In this document: positions 41,827 through 52,056 of the stretch, in pieces
Numbering within the stretch: the first letter of the stretch is position 1
Layout of the letters: each line of letters begins with the position of its first letter
Origin: Bacteroidota bacterium
Lineage (GTDB): Bacteria > Bacteroidota > Bacteroidia > JAIBAJ01
DNA length: 64,000 bases
Reading direction: 5' to 3'
NCBI GenBank assembly: GCA_947475205.1
Contig: CANJNG010000004.1
Span: 2,769 to 66,768 of the forward strand
Made by a program: the position numbers and the translations under genes
The notes under the pieces: generated by a model
The model's database searches: none
Seen by the model: the letters and a program-made list of their open reading frames with translations, nothing else
Told to the model about the DNA's origin: nothing

Positions 41827-41858
41827 AAACAAAACATCCCTCCTAAACTGGAAGGATG
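41827..41858. terminator. Hairpin plus T-run downstream of the acyl-CoA dehydrogenase gene
   Basis: AAAACATCCCTCC-TAAAC-TGGAAGGATGTTTCATTTT. It is sited 40-70 bp past the stop of the minus-strand gene ending at 41897. Confidence 0.45.
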
Positions 41859-41896
41859 TTTCATTTTGTAACAACGGATTAATTTCCGATGCCATA

Positions 41897-43039
41897 TTAA
41901 TTCGTCAGGATTTGCTTACTTATTACCAACTTCTGAATCTCTGAAGTTCCTTCGCCAATTGTACAAAGTTTACTGTCGCGGTAAAATTTCTCTACCGGGA
42001 AGTCCTTTGTATAACCATATCCTCCAAAAATCTGAACGGCTTCGGTGCTAACTCTCACAGCCACTTCCGAAGAATAATATTTTGCCATTGCCGCTTCTTT
42101 GGTCATTTTCTTATGGCGATTTTTAAGATCTGCAGCTTGCAAAATCAAAAGTTCGGCAGCTTCAATTTCGGTAGCCATATCGGCTAATTTGAAAGCTATT
42201 GCCTGAAAGTTTGAAATGGGTTGTCCGAATTGTTCCCGTTCTTTCGAATATTTTAATGCAGCTTCAAAAGCCCCTTTGGCAATTCCTAAGCCCAATGCAG
42301 CAATTGAAATTCTGCCTCCGTCAAGCACTTTCATAGCCTGAATAAAACCATCGCCCACTTTTCCAAGTACCTGGCTTTCGTGAACACGGCAATTATCAAA
42401 AATCATTTCCGCTGTTTCCGACGCACGCATACCGAGTTTGTTTTCTTTTTTCCCGGCTTTAAATCCGGGTGTTGTACGCTCTACTATAAAAGCTGTGATT
42501 CCGTGGGAATCTAATAATTCTCCCGTACGAGCTAAAACTACTGCCACATTTCCGCTGATGCCGTGAGTAATCCAATTTTTAGAACCGTTCAATACCCAAT
42601 GGTCGCCGTCTTTGGTGGCAACACATTTCATACGCATTGCATCGCTGCCGGTGTTTGATTCGGTCAGACCCCAAGCACCAATCCATTCGGCTGTAGCTAA
42701 TTTGGGAAGATACTTTTTCTTTTGCTCTTCGTTTCCAAATTGCAAAATATGGCCTGTGCAAAGGGAGTTGTGAGCGGCCAAAGAAAGACCTATGCTTCCG
42801 CATATTTTCGATACTTCAACAATAGCGGTTACGTATTCCAAATAACCAAATCCCGACCCGCCATATTCTGTGGGAACAAGTACACCCATCAAACCTAATT
42901 CGCCCAATTTCTTGAAAACTTCAACCGGAAATTCTTGACTTTCATCCCATTCCATTAATCGGGGACGAATGTGTTTTTCGCCAAAATCTTTAATCATTTT
43001 GGTCATCATCTCTTGGTTTTCGTTCGGTTCGAAGTTCAT
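41897..43039 (-). CDS. Acyl-CoA dehydrogenase
   Basis: 380 aa with the ACAD signatures GxxGLTExxxGSD and FGGYGY, and a catalytic Glu region near the C-terminus (GEGTSEIQ). Confidence 0.9.
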   Translation of the reverse strand: MNFEPNENQEMMTKMIKDFGEKHIRPRLMEWDESQEFPVEVFKKLGELGLMGVLVPTEYGGSGFGYLEYVTAIVEVSKICGSIGLSLAAHNSLCTGHILQFGNEEQKKKYLPKLATAEWIGAWGLTESNTGSDAMRMKCVATKDGDHWVLNGSKNWITHGISGNVAVVLARTGELLDSHGITAFIVERTTPGFKAGKKENKLGMRASETAEMIFDNCRVHESQVLGKVGDGFIQAMKVLDGGRISIAALGLGIAKGAFEAALKYSKEREQFGQPISNFQAIAFKLADMATEIEAAELLILQAADLKNRHKKMTKEAAMAKYYSSEVAVRVSTEAVQIFGGYGYTKDFPVEKFYRDSKLCTIGEGTSEIQKLVISKQILTN

Positions 43040-43202
43040 TTACGGGGTTTTTGTTTAGAGTGCAATATTATTGGTTTTGTTAATTCGTTTTGGTGGAAAT
43101 GTTGTAGAAAGAGCTTCTTTCTCCTTCACCACTACTACCGCTTCTTCTTAAATACCATTTTTGAACGTTTACCTTCTCCTTAATTAAATATTAAGCATTT
43201 CC

Positions 43203-43538
43203 TTATTTTTGAACTATACTATTCCTAAGTTGGATTTCGAGCTGCGGCAATTGATTTTCAACTATTCGCCAAACGGCAAAGAAATCAGTCCCCATATAAT
43301 CGTGTATCAAAACATCACGCATTCCAGCAATTTTTTTCCACGGAATTTCGGAATGCATTTCTCTAAAGGGTATTGAAAGCCTTTTAGTGGCCTCGCCCAT
43401 TATTTCAAAACATCTTACAACAGCATTGCATGTTTTCTTGTCTTTCAAAAACGAATCTTGTGTGTAACCGAGTGTAAATTCCTTAATTTGGTCAATGGCA
43501 TCCAAGATGTGACCAACGTAAATGGTGTCGTCTTTCAT
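43203..43538 (-). CDS. HepT-like (DUF86) toxin of HepT/MNT type II TA pair
   Basis: 111 aa with the R-x(4)-HxY-like motif region (MRDVLIHDY). It overlaps the upstream MNT gene by 1 nt. Confidence 0.75.
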   Translation of the reverse strand: MKDDTIYVGHILDAIDQIKEFTLGYTQDSFLKDKKTCNAVVRCFEIMGEATKRLSIPFREMHSEIPWKKIAGMRDVLIHDYMGTDFFAVWRIVENQLPQLEIQLRNSIVQK

Positions 43539-43819
43539 TAATTGATTTGCCTTAAATCCTTTTGGATTAGGGTACTCAAAACCACCGAAAGCGACTGCTT
43601 AGTAACCAAATCAATGCGAATGCCCAACTTTTCAGACAAGGCTTCTTTGATGTCGAATAAATCGAATAAGTCATATTCAGAATTCAAATCAACCAATAAG
43701 TCTAAATCGCTATCTGGGCGATTTTGGTTACGAGAATAAGAGCCAAATACACCAACATAGACCGGATTATAGGGCAATAACACCGCTAAAATTGTTTGTT
43801 GCTGTTGGGTAGATAGCAT
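43538..43819 (-). CDS. Minimal nucleotidyltransferase (MNT) antitoxin
   Basis: The GSxxRG-type motif is VGVFGSYSRNQNRPDSDLDLLVDL. Confidence 0.75.
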   Translation of the reverse strand: MLSTQQQQTILAVLLPYNPVYVGVFGSYSRNQNRPDSDLDLLVDLNSEYDLFDLFDIKEALSEKLGIRIDLVTKQSLSVVLSTLIQKDLRQIN

Positions 43820-43929
43820 TATGCAAAAATAGCGGAATTATGAATGAATGAGCGAAAAGACGCATTTCAAATGTTATTCTCAATTGTTTGGCGTAAGCAA
43901 GTAATAAAAATTTCCTATAAATTTGCCCA

Positions 43930-44634
43930 ATGAGCAATACCTACTCCGAAAACGAACACTATTCCATTAAAACTTGGGCAGAAGACGACAGACCCCGTGA
44001 AAAGCTTATGGCTAAAGGGAAATCGGCACTTTCGGATGCTGAATTAGTAGCTATACTCATCGGGTCGGGAAGCAGAAACGAAACTGCGGTGCAACTGTCG
44101 CAACGCATATTGCAAGCCTCACACAATAACCTTTTCGAGCTTTCAAAACTAACAGTAAAAGACCTTTGTAAGTTTAAAGGAATGGGTGAAGCTAAAGCTA
44201 TTTCTATTATTGCTGCTTTGGAATTGGGTCTTCGTCAAAAGGCTACGTTGAAATTAGAAAAGCCAAAAATTAGTTCTTCAGCTCAGTGTTTTCAAGAGTT
44301 ATACGATTTATTTGACCAAAACATTGAGGAGTTCTTTGTGCTGCTCCTAAATCAGTCTAACCATTTGATTGGTCGCCATAAAGTGAGCACAGGCGGAATT
44401 ACAGGAACTGTGGCTGACGTTCGGGTTATAGCCAGATTGGCTCTCGAACATCGGGCTGTTTCAGCCATTATTTCGCATAACCATCCTTCGGGCAACCTTA
44501 GACCCAGTGATGCAGATATTCAATTAACTAGAAAGGTAAAAGCCGGGTTAGAAACGCTTGATATAAAGCTGTTAGACCACATTATTGTTTCTGGAAACGA
44601 ATATTTTAGCTTTGGTGATGAGGGCTTGATGTAG
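43930..44634 (+). CDS. radC: RadC-like JAB-domain protein
   Basis: The N-terminal HhH region is DAELVAILIGSGSRNE. The JAMM motif is HNHPSG...SDAD. Confidence 0.85.
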   Translation: MSNTYSENEHYSIKTWAEDDRPREKLMAKGKSALSDAELVAILIGSGSRNETAVQLSQRILQASHNNLFELSKLTVKDLCKFKGMGEAKAISIIAALELGLRQKATLKLEKPKISSSAQCFQELYDLFDQNIEEFFVLLLNQSNHLIGRHKVSTGGITGTVADVRVIARLALEHRAVSAIISHNHPSGNLRPSDADIQLTRKVKAGLETLDIKLLDHIIVSGNEYFSFGDEGLM

Positions 44635-45119
44635 GTAGTATCATTTACGATTCTGAAACTAATTACTTCCTTCCGGCATTTCGGTTTGGGCAATGCCCCT
44701 AAAACCTTGACCATTTTGCTTGGATTCAGGAGTGATGCCTTTCAATTCTTAATAAAATTCCCTTTTTTGTTTTCTGTTGCTGCATACCTAAATGCTAAAA
44801 AAGAAGGAAAAAGGAAGAAGGAAACTTACAGAAACGCAGATGATATAAGCTATTGGATTAACTCTTCCGCTTTGGTAATTGGTATCGATGCATACACTGG
44901 TGAGTGGGCTTTTATCTCACCAATTTTTCAAGTATGGCTGAAATGTGAATGGCTGAGTCGCAGCTATTGGAATACCGGGCGACTATGCTTTTTGCTTTTC
45001 AATATGCATATTTCGGGGGAAGATGCACGAATGAAGTTGGGCTTATTTGGTTTTGTAGTGTATTGCAGAGTTGGAAGGAAATAGATTCAATATGTTCTAC
45101 TTTTGCAGAAATTTATAAA

Positions 45120-45506
45120 ATGAAACTCTTAAATGTTCTCTTTGTTGCCAGTGTATTTTTATCTTCTTGTGGGGAAAACAAACCTCAATTTGTAGCCAAC
45201 AAAACCATTAACTGCACCATAGAAGGTATGACCTGTGCCGAAGGTTGTGCTAAAACTATTCAGGAAGCGGTGGCCGAAATGCCCGGTATCACTTTAAGTA
45301 AAGTTGATTTTGAAAAGAAAATTGCTTTGTTCTCTTTCGATTCTGCCAAAGTAAACTCCACAGATATTCTTCAAAAGATACAAACCATTCACGAAGGGCA
45401 ATACAAAGTAAGCCTTTTGGGTGCTGAAACCCCTGCCACAGAAAAAGAAGCAACCAGTGAAGAAGCTGTGGAAGTAACAAAAAAGGAAGGCGAAGCTAAT
45501 TCTTAG
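45120..45506 (+). CDS. Heavy-metal-associated (HMA) domain lipoprotein
   Basis: Lipoprotein signal MKLLNVLFVASVFLSSC. The HMA metal-binding motif is GMTCAEGC. The internal Met of ORF 44949..45506 was chosen as the start. Confidence 0.7.
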   Translation: MKLLNVLFVASVFLSSCGENKPQFVANKTINCTIEGMTCAEGCAKTIQEAVAEMPGITLSKVDFEKKIALFSFDSAKVNSTDILQKIQTIHEGQYKVSLLGAETPATEKEATSEEAVEVTKKEGEANS

Positions 45507-45510
45507 TTAA

Positions 45511-46296
45511 GTGAGAATTGCATTCATTGGGGCGGGTAATGCTGCTTGGAATTTAGCCATTGCTCTATCAAAAGCAGGGAATGAAATAGTTTTAATTGTA
45601 AATAGAAGTCCTGAAAAAGCAGAAAGATTAGCTAAGGAAGTTGATTCAAAATATTCCACTTCGCTGGTCGATTTAAGCAATGTGGTTGCTGATTTAATCA
45701 TAGTAAGTACCCGAGATGATGGATACTCTCAAGTTGCTTCCGAACTGAAAACAAAGATTCCGGTGGTGCATACCTCAGGAAGCATTCCGATGAATGTTTT
45801 GCTGGAGTGTTCCTTTCAAATCGGTGTGTTTTATCCCTTACAATCCATGCTTCAAAGTAGGGAAACTAATTTTTTGGAAGTACCCTTTTGTTTAGAAGCC
45901 AATAACCAAACGCTCTTAGCTACCTTGAACACATTAGCTAAAAGCATTAGTAATGTAGTACTTGAAATTAATTCAGAACAACGAAAACAACTGCACTTGG
46001 GTGCCATATTCGCTTCCAATTTTTCTAACTTTCTGTATATCCTTTCAAAAGATTACTTACGGAAAAACAATCTACCTGAGCATATTCTCGACCCTTTAAT
46101 AACTGAAACCGCAAACAGAATTATTGGGAAAGAACCTGCCGACTTTCAAACAGGCCCTGCACGAAGAGGAGATTTTTCGGTATTACAAACGCACTTAAAA
46201 ATGCTTGAAGGAAATCCTTTGATGCAGGATGTTTATAAAATGCTAAGTGAGAAAATATTGGAATACTATGGGCATAGTGTTAACGGGATTTCTTAA
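45511..46296 (+). CDS. Rossmann-like NAD(P)-binding protein (DUF2520 / ProC-like)
   Basis: MRIAFIGAGNAAWNLA is a GxGxxA dinucleotide-binding start. Length is 261 aa. Confidence 0.55.
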   Translation: MRIAFIGAGNAAWNLAIALSKAGNEIVLIVNRSPEKAERLAKEVDSKYSTSLVDLSNVVADLIIVSTRDDGYSQVASELKTKIPVVHTSGSIPMNVLLECSFQIGVFYPLQSMLQSRETNFLEVPFCLEANNQTLLATLNTLAKSISNVVLEINSEQRKQLHLGAIFASNFSNFLYILSKDYLRKNNLPEHILDPLITETANRIIGKEPADFQTGPARRGDFSVLQTHLKMLEGNPLMQDVYKMLSEKILEYYGHSVNGIS

Positions 46297-46299
46297 CCC

Positions 46300-47262
46300 C
46301 TATACCAATCCCGCCTTCACACTTATATCCAACATCCTTCGCATGGGTAATTCTGCTTTCAACCGCAGGCCTTCTTCCATGGTTAATTCGGGCGTTTCGT
46401 TTTTCAGACAGAGATATACCTTTTCGAGCGTATTAAGCTTCATGTGTGGGCAATCGTTGCAAGCACAACTGTTGTTTGGCGGTGCCGGAATAAAGGTTTT
46501 ATTCGGGCTGGCTTTCATCATTTGGTGAATAATCCCCGTTTCAGTTGCCACTATAAATGCTTGTTCCGGACTTTTGATGGTGTAGTTCAACAGGGCAGTG
46601 GTGCTTCCAATGTATTCTGCCAGCTCCAACACCGGCTCTTCGCACTCGGGGTGAGCAATCACTATTGCCGCCGGGTTTTGTTCCTTTAGCCGCAATATGC
46701 GTTGTTGCGAAAATATTTCGTGCACCATGCAGCTTCCGTCCCATAGAATCATATCGCGTCCGGTTTTCCGGGCAATGTATCTTCCCAGGTTTTTATCCGG
46801 TGCAAAAATGATTTGCTTATCCTTCGGAATGCTGTTCACAATGGCTTCGGCATTGCTACTGGTGCAAATCAAATCGCTCAAGGCTTTAATTTCCGCCGTG
46901 CAGTTGATGTAGGAAACCACCACATGATCGGGATATTGCTGCTTAAACTTTGCAAACTCTTCGGGCGGACAACTATCGGCCAGCGAACACCCCGCTTTCA
47001 AATCGGGCAAAACCACTTTACGGGACGGATTGAGAATTTTGGCAGTTTCGGCCATGAAATGCACCCCGGCAAACACAATTATATCGGCATCGCTTTTGGC
47101 GGCCTGTTGCGAAAGTCCCAGGCTATCGCCAATATAATCGGCTATATCCTGAATATCGGGATTCTGATAATAGTGAGCCAGTATTACCGCATTCTTTTCT
47201 TTTTTGAGTTTCGCAATCTCTTCGAACAAATCTAATCCCTGCAATTCTAAATTTTTTGACAT
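46300..47262 (-). CDS. nadA: Quinolinate synthase NadA
   Basis: NadA signatures are present: [32 protein letters not shown], and Cys ligands in HPECEEP...C. The start was set at the internal Met MSKNLEL at 47262. Confidence 0.85.
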   Translation of the reverse strand: MSKNLELQGLDLFEEIAKLKKEKNAVILAHYYQNPDIQDIADYIGDSLGLSQQAAKSDADIIVFAGVHFMAETAKILNPSRKVVLPDLKAGCSLADSCPPEEFAKFKQQYPDHVVVSYINCTAEIKALSDLICTSSNAEAIVNSIPKDKQIIFAPDKNLGRYIARKTGRDMILWDGSCMVHEIFSQQRILRLKEQNPAAIVIAHPECEEPVLELAEYIGSTTALLNYTIKSPEQAFIVATETGIIHQMMKASPNKTFIPAPPNNSCACNDCPHMKLNTLEKVYLCLKNETPELTMEEGLRLKAELPMRRMLDISVKAGLV

Positions 47263-47811
47263 TTTGAAGTTATGAACACTTATATTAATTAAATCAATTT
47301 GTATTTTTTGAAATTTATAAAAATTAAAACCTTTTACTATTAATGATAGCCTGTTGAAACGGTTAGTAACCCTTGAAAAACGGGTGTTTTCCCGCAAGGT
47401 TATCAGCTACAGAATCCGGAGTTTTAAACATATTACAATTTGGCAAAAGTACAGAAATCAGCTACTTGTAAAGTAATTAACAAAGGCTGTAAAAACTTAT
47501 CATTTTCCCCGAAAAACATCTCTCCTTTTGTGTGTACTACTTGTGTGTAACTGCTCCCTAAAAAAGCATAAGTTTATGTAATTCGGCTGCATTCTATGCT
47601 AATGCACATTCCCAAACGATATACAAGCATAAAGTTTTGGAATTCTTCACACACACTAACCCGCCGTAGCTAACAATAAAACAGGGCAATTGTTAATAGA
47701 AAAAGCAGATTTTAGCATTGTAGTGAAAAGCTGTTCATAACCTGTGAATAGCTAACAAATTCATTTTTGGAGCAGAACTTTCCATCTTCCATCCCAACGT
47801 TTGGGTCCCGC

Positions 47812-47925
47812 TTTCGCCTATAGCCGCCTCAAATGCAGGCGGGCTATTTGGCTCTACCGGGGCTAGGGAGACAGGGAAGTGCTTTGATGGGAGGGTGTTT
47901 AATACCATTCGGGGGCATAAAAACG
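47812..47925 (+). repeat. About 110-bp element, copy A (GCCTATAGCCGCC...GGCGGGCTATTTGGC hairpin plus downstream conserved block)
   Basis: About 80% identical to 48574-48680. It lies roughly 70 bp upstream of the vapB-like gene. Confidence 0.8.
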
Positions 47926-47997
47926 AAACCTGAAAATTGCCAAGCCGCAACCCTGCTATTCCTGAATTTGTTTACTTTTGATAAATTTTAAAACAAA

Positions 47998-48189
47998 ATG
48001 ACTGTTATTCTTAAAAAAACCGACAGCCCCGAGGAGGTGAAACGGAAGATAGACCAGTTTATGGAAGCAAGAAGGTCGAAGAACTCCCCAAAAGAAGGGT
48101 TTGACCCCAGCAGATTTTTGGGAAAGTTGAAAGGAATGTATGGCGACCCCATGGAATATCAAAGGAGCGTTCGAGATGAGTGGGCTTGA
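47998..48189 (+). CDS. Putative antitoxin (VapB-like partner of the PIN toxin)
   Basis: 63 aa, charged. Its TGA stop lies 14 bp inside the PIN gene (ATGAGTGGGCTTGA overlap). Confidence 0.5.
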   Translation: MTVILKKTDSPEEVKRKIDQFMEARRSKNSPKEGFDPSRFLGKLKGMYGDPMEYQRSVRDEWA

Positions 48190-48550
48190 ATTATACTTGG
48201 TCGATACCAATATTTATATCCATTTATTTAATGGGAATATAAACGCCGAAAACGCTTTGAAAGGAAGGGTTTTGTATTTTTCCTACATTACCGAGATAGA
48301 GCTTTTGGGCTTTACCGGAATAAGCCCAGAGGCCATTCAAATAGTTAAGGATACACTGGCCTGCAATGTAAAAATTGACCACACCGAAACCATTACTCAA
48401 AAAGCTATTTGGCTGAAACAGCAGCAGAAAATGAAAACTCCCGATGCCATTATTGTAGCCACAGCAATATTGAACAATCTCCCTCTACTCACTGCCGATA
48501 AGGCCTTAGCCAATATCCCTGATTTAGACTGTATCCTCTTTGAAGGGTAA
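48176..48550 (+). CDS. vapC: PIN-domain toxin VapC
   Basis: Three acidic PIN residues sit in context: LYLVDTNIYIH, TPDAIIVATA and LLTADKAL. Confidence 0.75.
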   Translation: MSGLELYLVDTNIYIHLFNGNINAENALKGRVLYFSYITEIELLGFTGISPEAIQIVKDTLACNVKIDHTETITQKAIWLKQQQKMKTPDAIIVATAILNNLPLLTADKALANIPDLDCILFEG

Positions 48551-48573
48551 ACTCCCATAACATTTACTGCCTC

Positions 48574-48680
48574 TTTTGCCTATAGCCGCCCCAAATGCTG
48601 GTGGGCTATTTGGCTCAATCGGGGCTAGGTCGACAGGGCGATGCTATAATGGGCGGGTGCTAAATACCCATTCGGCAAAA
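48574..48680 (+). repeat. About 110-bp element, copy B
   Basis: The block runs TTTGCCTATAGCCGCCCCAAATGCTGGTGGGCTATTTGGCTC...GATGCTATAATGGGCGGGTGCTAAATACCCATTCGG. It contains a TGcTATAAT-like extended -10 box. It lies about 100 bp upstream of the methyltransferase gene. Confidence 0.8.
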
Positions 48681-48784
48681 ATCCAACGTTAATAAATAAG
48701 GATATATATTTTTTGAATCTTATTAAATGAATCAATTTCAGTTGTTCTTTTGTAACCATTGTATAAGGTTAAACTACTTGGTTA

Positions 48785-50025
48785 TGAAAGACTATTTATC
48801 ATTGACAGAAACTTCTGAGTATCTTGGGAAAAGCAAACAAACGCTAAGAAGATGGGATAAAGAAAAAAAGCTTGTTGCTGTTCGAGAGCCCATGAGTAAT
48901 TATAGGGTTTATAAAAGAGAACAACTTGAACTCTTTGCTGATTTCATTTCAAATACAGACAAAACTGATTATCCCAATGAAATAGATTCAGAAAACGAGT
49001 ACTCCGTTTTAGAACTATTTGCAGGAGCTGGTGGCTTAGCTGTAGGCTTGGAAAAAGCAGGATTAAAATGCGTTGCCTTAAATGAGATTGATAAATGGGC
49101 TTGCCAAACCTTAAGAAGAAACAGACCCAACTGGAAGGTGCTTGAGGGGGATATTAGAGCATTTGATTTCGTTGAATATAGAGATAGGGTCGATGTTGTT
49201 ACCGGAGGATTTCCATGCCAAGCCTTTAGTTATGCTGGCAAAAGACTTGGGTTGAGCGATGCCCGTGGAACTTTGTTTTACGAATTTGCAAGAGTGGTAA
49301 ATGAAATAAAACCACCAATTTGTATCGGTGAAAATGTGAGAGGGCTTTTAAGTCATGATAATGGCAGGACGTTAAGCGGAATGATTTCCATATTAGATGA
49401 AATTGGCTATAAAGTAGTTCCATATCGAATCCTGAAAGCGATAAACTATTATGTGCCGCAGAAAAGAGAACGATTGATTTTAGTTGGAGTTAGGAAAGAT
49501 ATTCAGATTGAATATCACTATCCAAAACCCACTAAGAAAATCTACACCCTAGCGGATGCACTAAAGAAAGGAGAACTATTTGACAAGGATGTTCCTGTTT
49601 CTGCCGGGGCTAAATATCCAAAGAGTAAAATTGATGTCATGAATTTGGTGCCTCCAAAGGGCTATTGGAGAGATTTGCCTTTAGATATCCAAAAGGAATT
49701 TATGGGTGGAAGTTTCTACCTTGGTGGAGGTAAGACCGGGATGGCAAGAAGAATAGGATGGGATGAGCCTTGCTTGACGCTTACTTGCAGCCCTGCTCAA
49801 AAGCAAACCGAAAGATGTCACCCCGATGAAACAAGACCTTTTACAGTAAGAGAATATGCCCGCATTCAAACATTCCCTGATGACTGGGAATTTGAAGGCT
49901 CAGTTGCTCAGCAATACAAGCAAATTGGAAATGCTGTACCAGTTAACTTAGGCAAGGAGGTTGGCTATTCCATAATCGAATTTTTGAATCAATATTATGC
50001 TCTAAAAGCCGAAAGAATAAAGTAA
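48785..50025 (+). CDS. DNA (cytosine-5)-methyltransferase with N-terminal MerR/Xis-like HTH
   Basis: C5-MTase motifs are present: I ELFAGAGGLAVG, IV GGFPCQAFSYAGK, VI ENVRGLL, and X near the C-terminus (GNAVPVNLG). The N-terminus reads LSLTETSEYLGKSKQTLRRWDKEKKL, consistent with an HTH. The start may instead be at 48727. Confidence 0.9.
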
Positions 50026-50733
50026 CTACTTGTATTTTTCTTGAATTTCTTTGGCCAGAGATTTTATAGTTTGTTCCACTACCTTACTTGCGTCAACTTC
50101 TAAAGCAACTTCACCAATGGCGTCAATCAATTCAAAATAAAAGTCGTCTTTTCCTGTAAGCCTATGCCAAAAATCTTTCCCAACAAAAACAGGATATGTA
50201 TTTCCGATTTTTTTATAATGTGAGCTAAGTTCTGCTGCTTCGCCATATACCACACAAACTATCATATCGTTGATGCCAACATTTATATTATTGGTTCTGG
50301 CAAGGCTACGAACGCCATTAAAGTGATTAATTATGGTAGTTACATCGTCATGATTGATTGTGTTTGGCCCTGCTTTTAACTGACAATATTTTTTCCTTCC
50401 GTCAATTGCATCTATAAATTCAATGTCGATTCCTTGAGTAGTAGAACCTAAGCCCTGAAATAAGGTGCTGATTAAACTCTGAATCTTCATTCCAAAGGAA
50501 GTATTAATTGAAGAGCCTAAAATTCGTGGCAGAACAAGAGCCCGGGCAATGCTTTCCGCATCATCGTTCCCTGTAAGGAAATTTGCCAGGTATTTAAATA
50601 AAAAGGGGTTAACATTGTATTCCGACAGTTTACTTGCTCTTTTGCAAGCACCGTCAATATGGCTTTGTACAATTTCATTTCTGAAAAACGTTTTTGCATT
50701 TTCAATTATTTGTTTTCTCTGACTATTGTTCAT
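50026..50733 (-). CDS. Putative type II restriction endonuclease (cognate of the C5-MTase)
   Basis: 235-aa ORF convergent with the MTase gene, with stop codons 1 bp apart. It has a candidate PD-(D/E)xK-like segment (GIDIEFIDAIDGRKKYCQLK). The region is low in GC. Confidence 0.45.
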   Translation of the reverse strand: MNNSQRKQIIENAKTFFRNEIVQSHIDGACKRASKLSEYNVNPFLFKYLANFLTGNDDAESIARALVLPRILGSSINTSFGMKIQSLISTLFQGLGSTTQGIDIEFIDAIDGRKKYCQLKAGPNTINHDDVTTIINHFNGVRSLARTNNINVGINDMIVCVVYGEAAELSSHYKKIGNTYPVFVGKDFWHRLTGKDDFYFELIDAIGEVALEVDASKVVEQTIKSLAKEIQEKYK

Positions 50734-50943
50734 TAGGTTACTATCAGATTCGGAGTTTATGCATTACAGAATTGCCTCAAAACTATATTAAATTCAACCT
50801 CGACAGATTTTCATTGTACAAATATGATTTCCCGTAACTTTCGTATACAACCATTTTTTTTCCTAATCACCTTACCTGTTAATAAATAAGTATATATATT
50901 TGCCCCTCAAATGGCAATAATCCTTACCTTTATAAGCCCGAAA

Positions 50944-50984
<41 letters not shown>

Positions 50985-51040
50985 TAAGCTATTAAATTCC
51001 AAAAAAATTTTTTCCGGGTTTAACGAAGGGAAGCAAACAG

Positions 51041-51300
51041 GGTCTATTTCTGTCCGAAGTAAGGCTATTTCCATCCGAAATAGGGCTGTTTCCATTCGAA
51101 ATAGGGCTGTTTCCATCCGAAACAGGGCTGTTTCCGTCCGAAATAGGGCTATTTCCATCCGAAATAGGGCTATTTCCATCCGAAGTAAGGCTATTTCCAT
51201 CCGAAACAGGGCTGTTTCCATCCGAAACAGGGCTGTTTCCATCCGAAATAGGGCTGTTTCCATCCGAAATAGGGCTGTTTCCATCCGAAATAGGTCTATT
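51041..51300. repeat. 21-bp minisatellite, about 12 units (consensus GGCTGTTTCCATCCGAAATAG)
   Basis: Units differ at 1-3 positions (ATTT vs GTTT, AATAG vs AACAG vs AGTAA). The ORFs 50911..51306 (+) and 50982..51284/50992..51312 (-) are repeat artefacts. Confidence 0.9.
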
Positions 51301-51362
51301 TTCTAAACTCAAAACTTCGTTTACATCTTAAATATTTATATTAATCCCTAAAAATCAATACA

Positions 51363-51980
51363 ATGGCAAAATTAACTTATCTCGAAAAAGAAATCAAACG
51401 CCTTAAACGTATCAAAGAAGGCATAGGTGCAAACTCGGCAGATTGGACCTCAACTCCAAATGCCGCAGCCGACATTCAAACAGTGATAGACGCACTCGAA
51501 GCTACCGATGTGTCTATCACGCAAACTGAGGTTTTGCTCAAGCAAAAGCGAAACGATGCGAGGAATGATGCTAAAACTGCATCTGAAACAGCCGACCAGT
51601 CTCAATTGGTGGTGATGGGTAAATACCCTGCCGACTCCGACAAATGGCTCGAATACGGCATAGAGGCCACCGCCCCCGGCACACCTCGCCCTGCTCCTGA
51701 TAAAGGCTTAATCAAAAAAATAAGCGACGACACCGATGGCGTGGGCTTCATAATTGAAGTAACCGTACTCGAAAATGCAGATAAAAACGAATTCCAACGC
51801 GGCGAAGGCCCCGCGAATGATGTGAACACTATTCCGGCGTTTACATATTTACGCACAGTGGGGAAATCTAAAATTGTGGACGATGATGTAGAACCCGGCA
51901 TTCGGTATTTCTACCGCTACCGTGGCATAAACCCCAGCGGCAATGGCGAATGGAGCGAACCCGTGAGCCGAGTGCAATAG
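51363..51980 (+). CDS. Hypothetical protein with C-terminal fibronectin-III-like segment
   Basis: 205 aa. The N-terminal half is coiled-coil-like. The C-terminal end reads PGIRYFYRYRGINPSGNGEWSEPV. Confidence 0.45.
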   Translation: MAKLTYLEKEIKRLKRIKEGIGANSADWTSTPNAAADIQTVIDALEATDVSITQTEVLLKQKRNDARNDAKTASETADQSQLVVMGKYPADSDKWLEYGIEATAPGTPRPAPDKGLIKKISDDTDGVGFIIEVTVLENADKNEFQRGEGPANDVNTIPAFTYLRTVGKSKIVDDDVEPGIRYFYRYRGINPSGNGEWSEPVSRVQ

Positions 51981-52006
51981 GCATTTATGTAATAAAGTAT
52001 AAAAAG

Positions 52007-52056
52007 GGCGAAGCGAATGTGGCTTCGCCTTTTTTTATGCCCACCCATGCCACGCC
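52007..52056 (+). terminator. Rho-independent terminator (GGCGAAGC-loop-GCTTCGCC + T7) followed by conserved box ATGCCCACCCATGCCACGCC
   Basis: The perfect 8-bp stem at 52007-52029 has T-run 52030-52036. The 27-nt string TTTTTTTATGCCCACCCATGCCACGCC recurs at 52936-52962, after the next gene. Confidence 0.7.

Noticed and set aside
44686-45084. 132-aa ORF in the radC-HMA intergenic region
   Set aside because: It has low-complexity, atypical composition and no motif. It overlaps a likely terminator hairpin (GGTGAG…CTCACC + T-run) and the upstream region of the HMA lipoprotein gene. It is probably non-coding.
47812-48680. Integron-like cassette (attC-like hairpin repeats around a TA module)
   Set aside because: No intI-type integrase or attI is nearby. 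The repeats sit upstream of ORFs rather than downstream, and they lack recognisable R''/R' core sites. They are kept only as an unexplained repeat.
51041-51300. Possible CRISPR array (regular short repeats)
   Set aside because: The units are contiguous with no unique spacers, the period is only 21 bp, and no cas genes are nearby. It is a minisatellite, not CRISPR.
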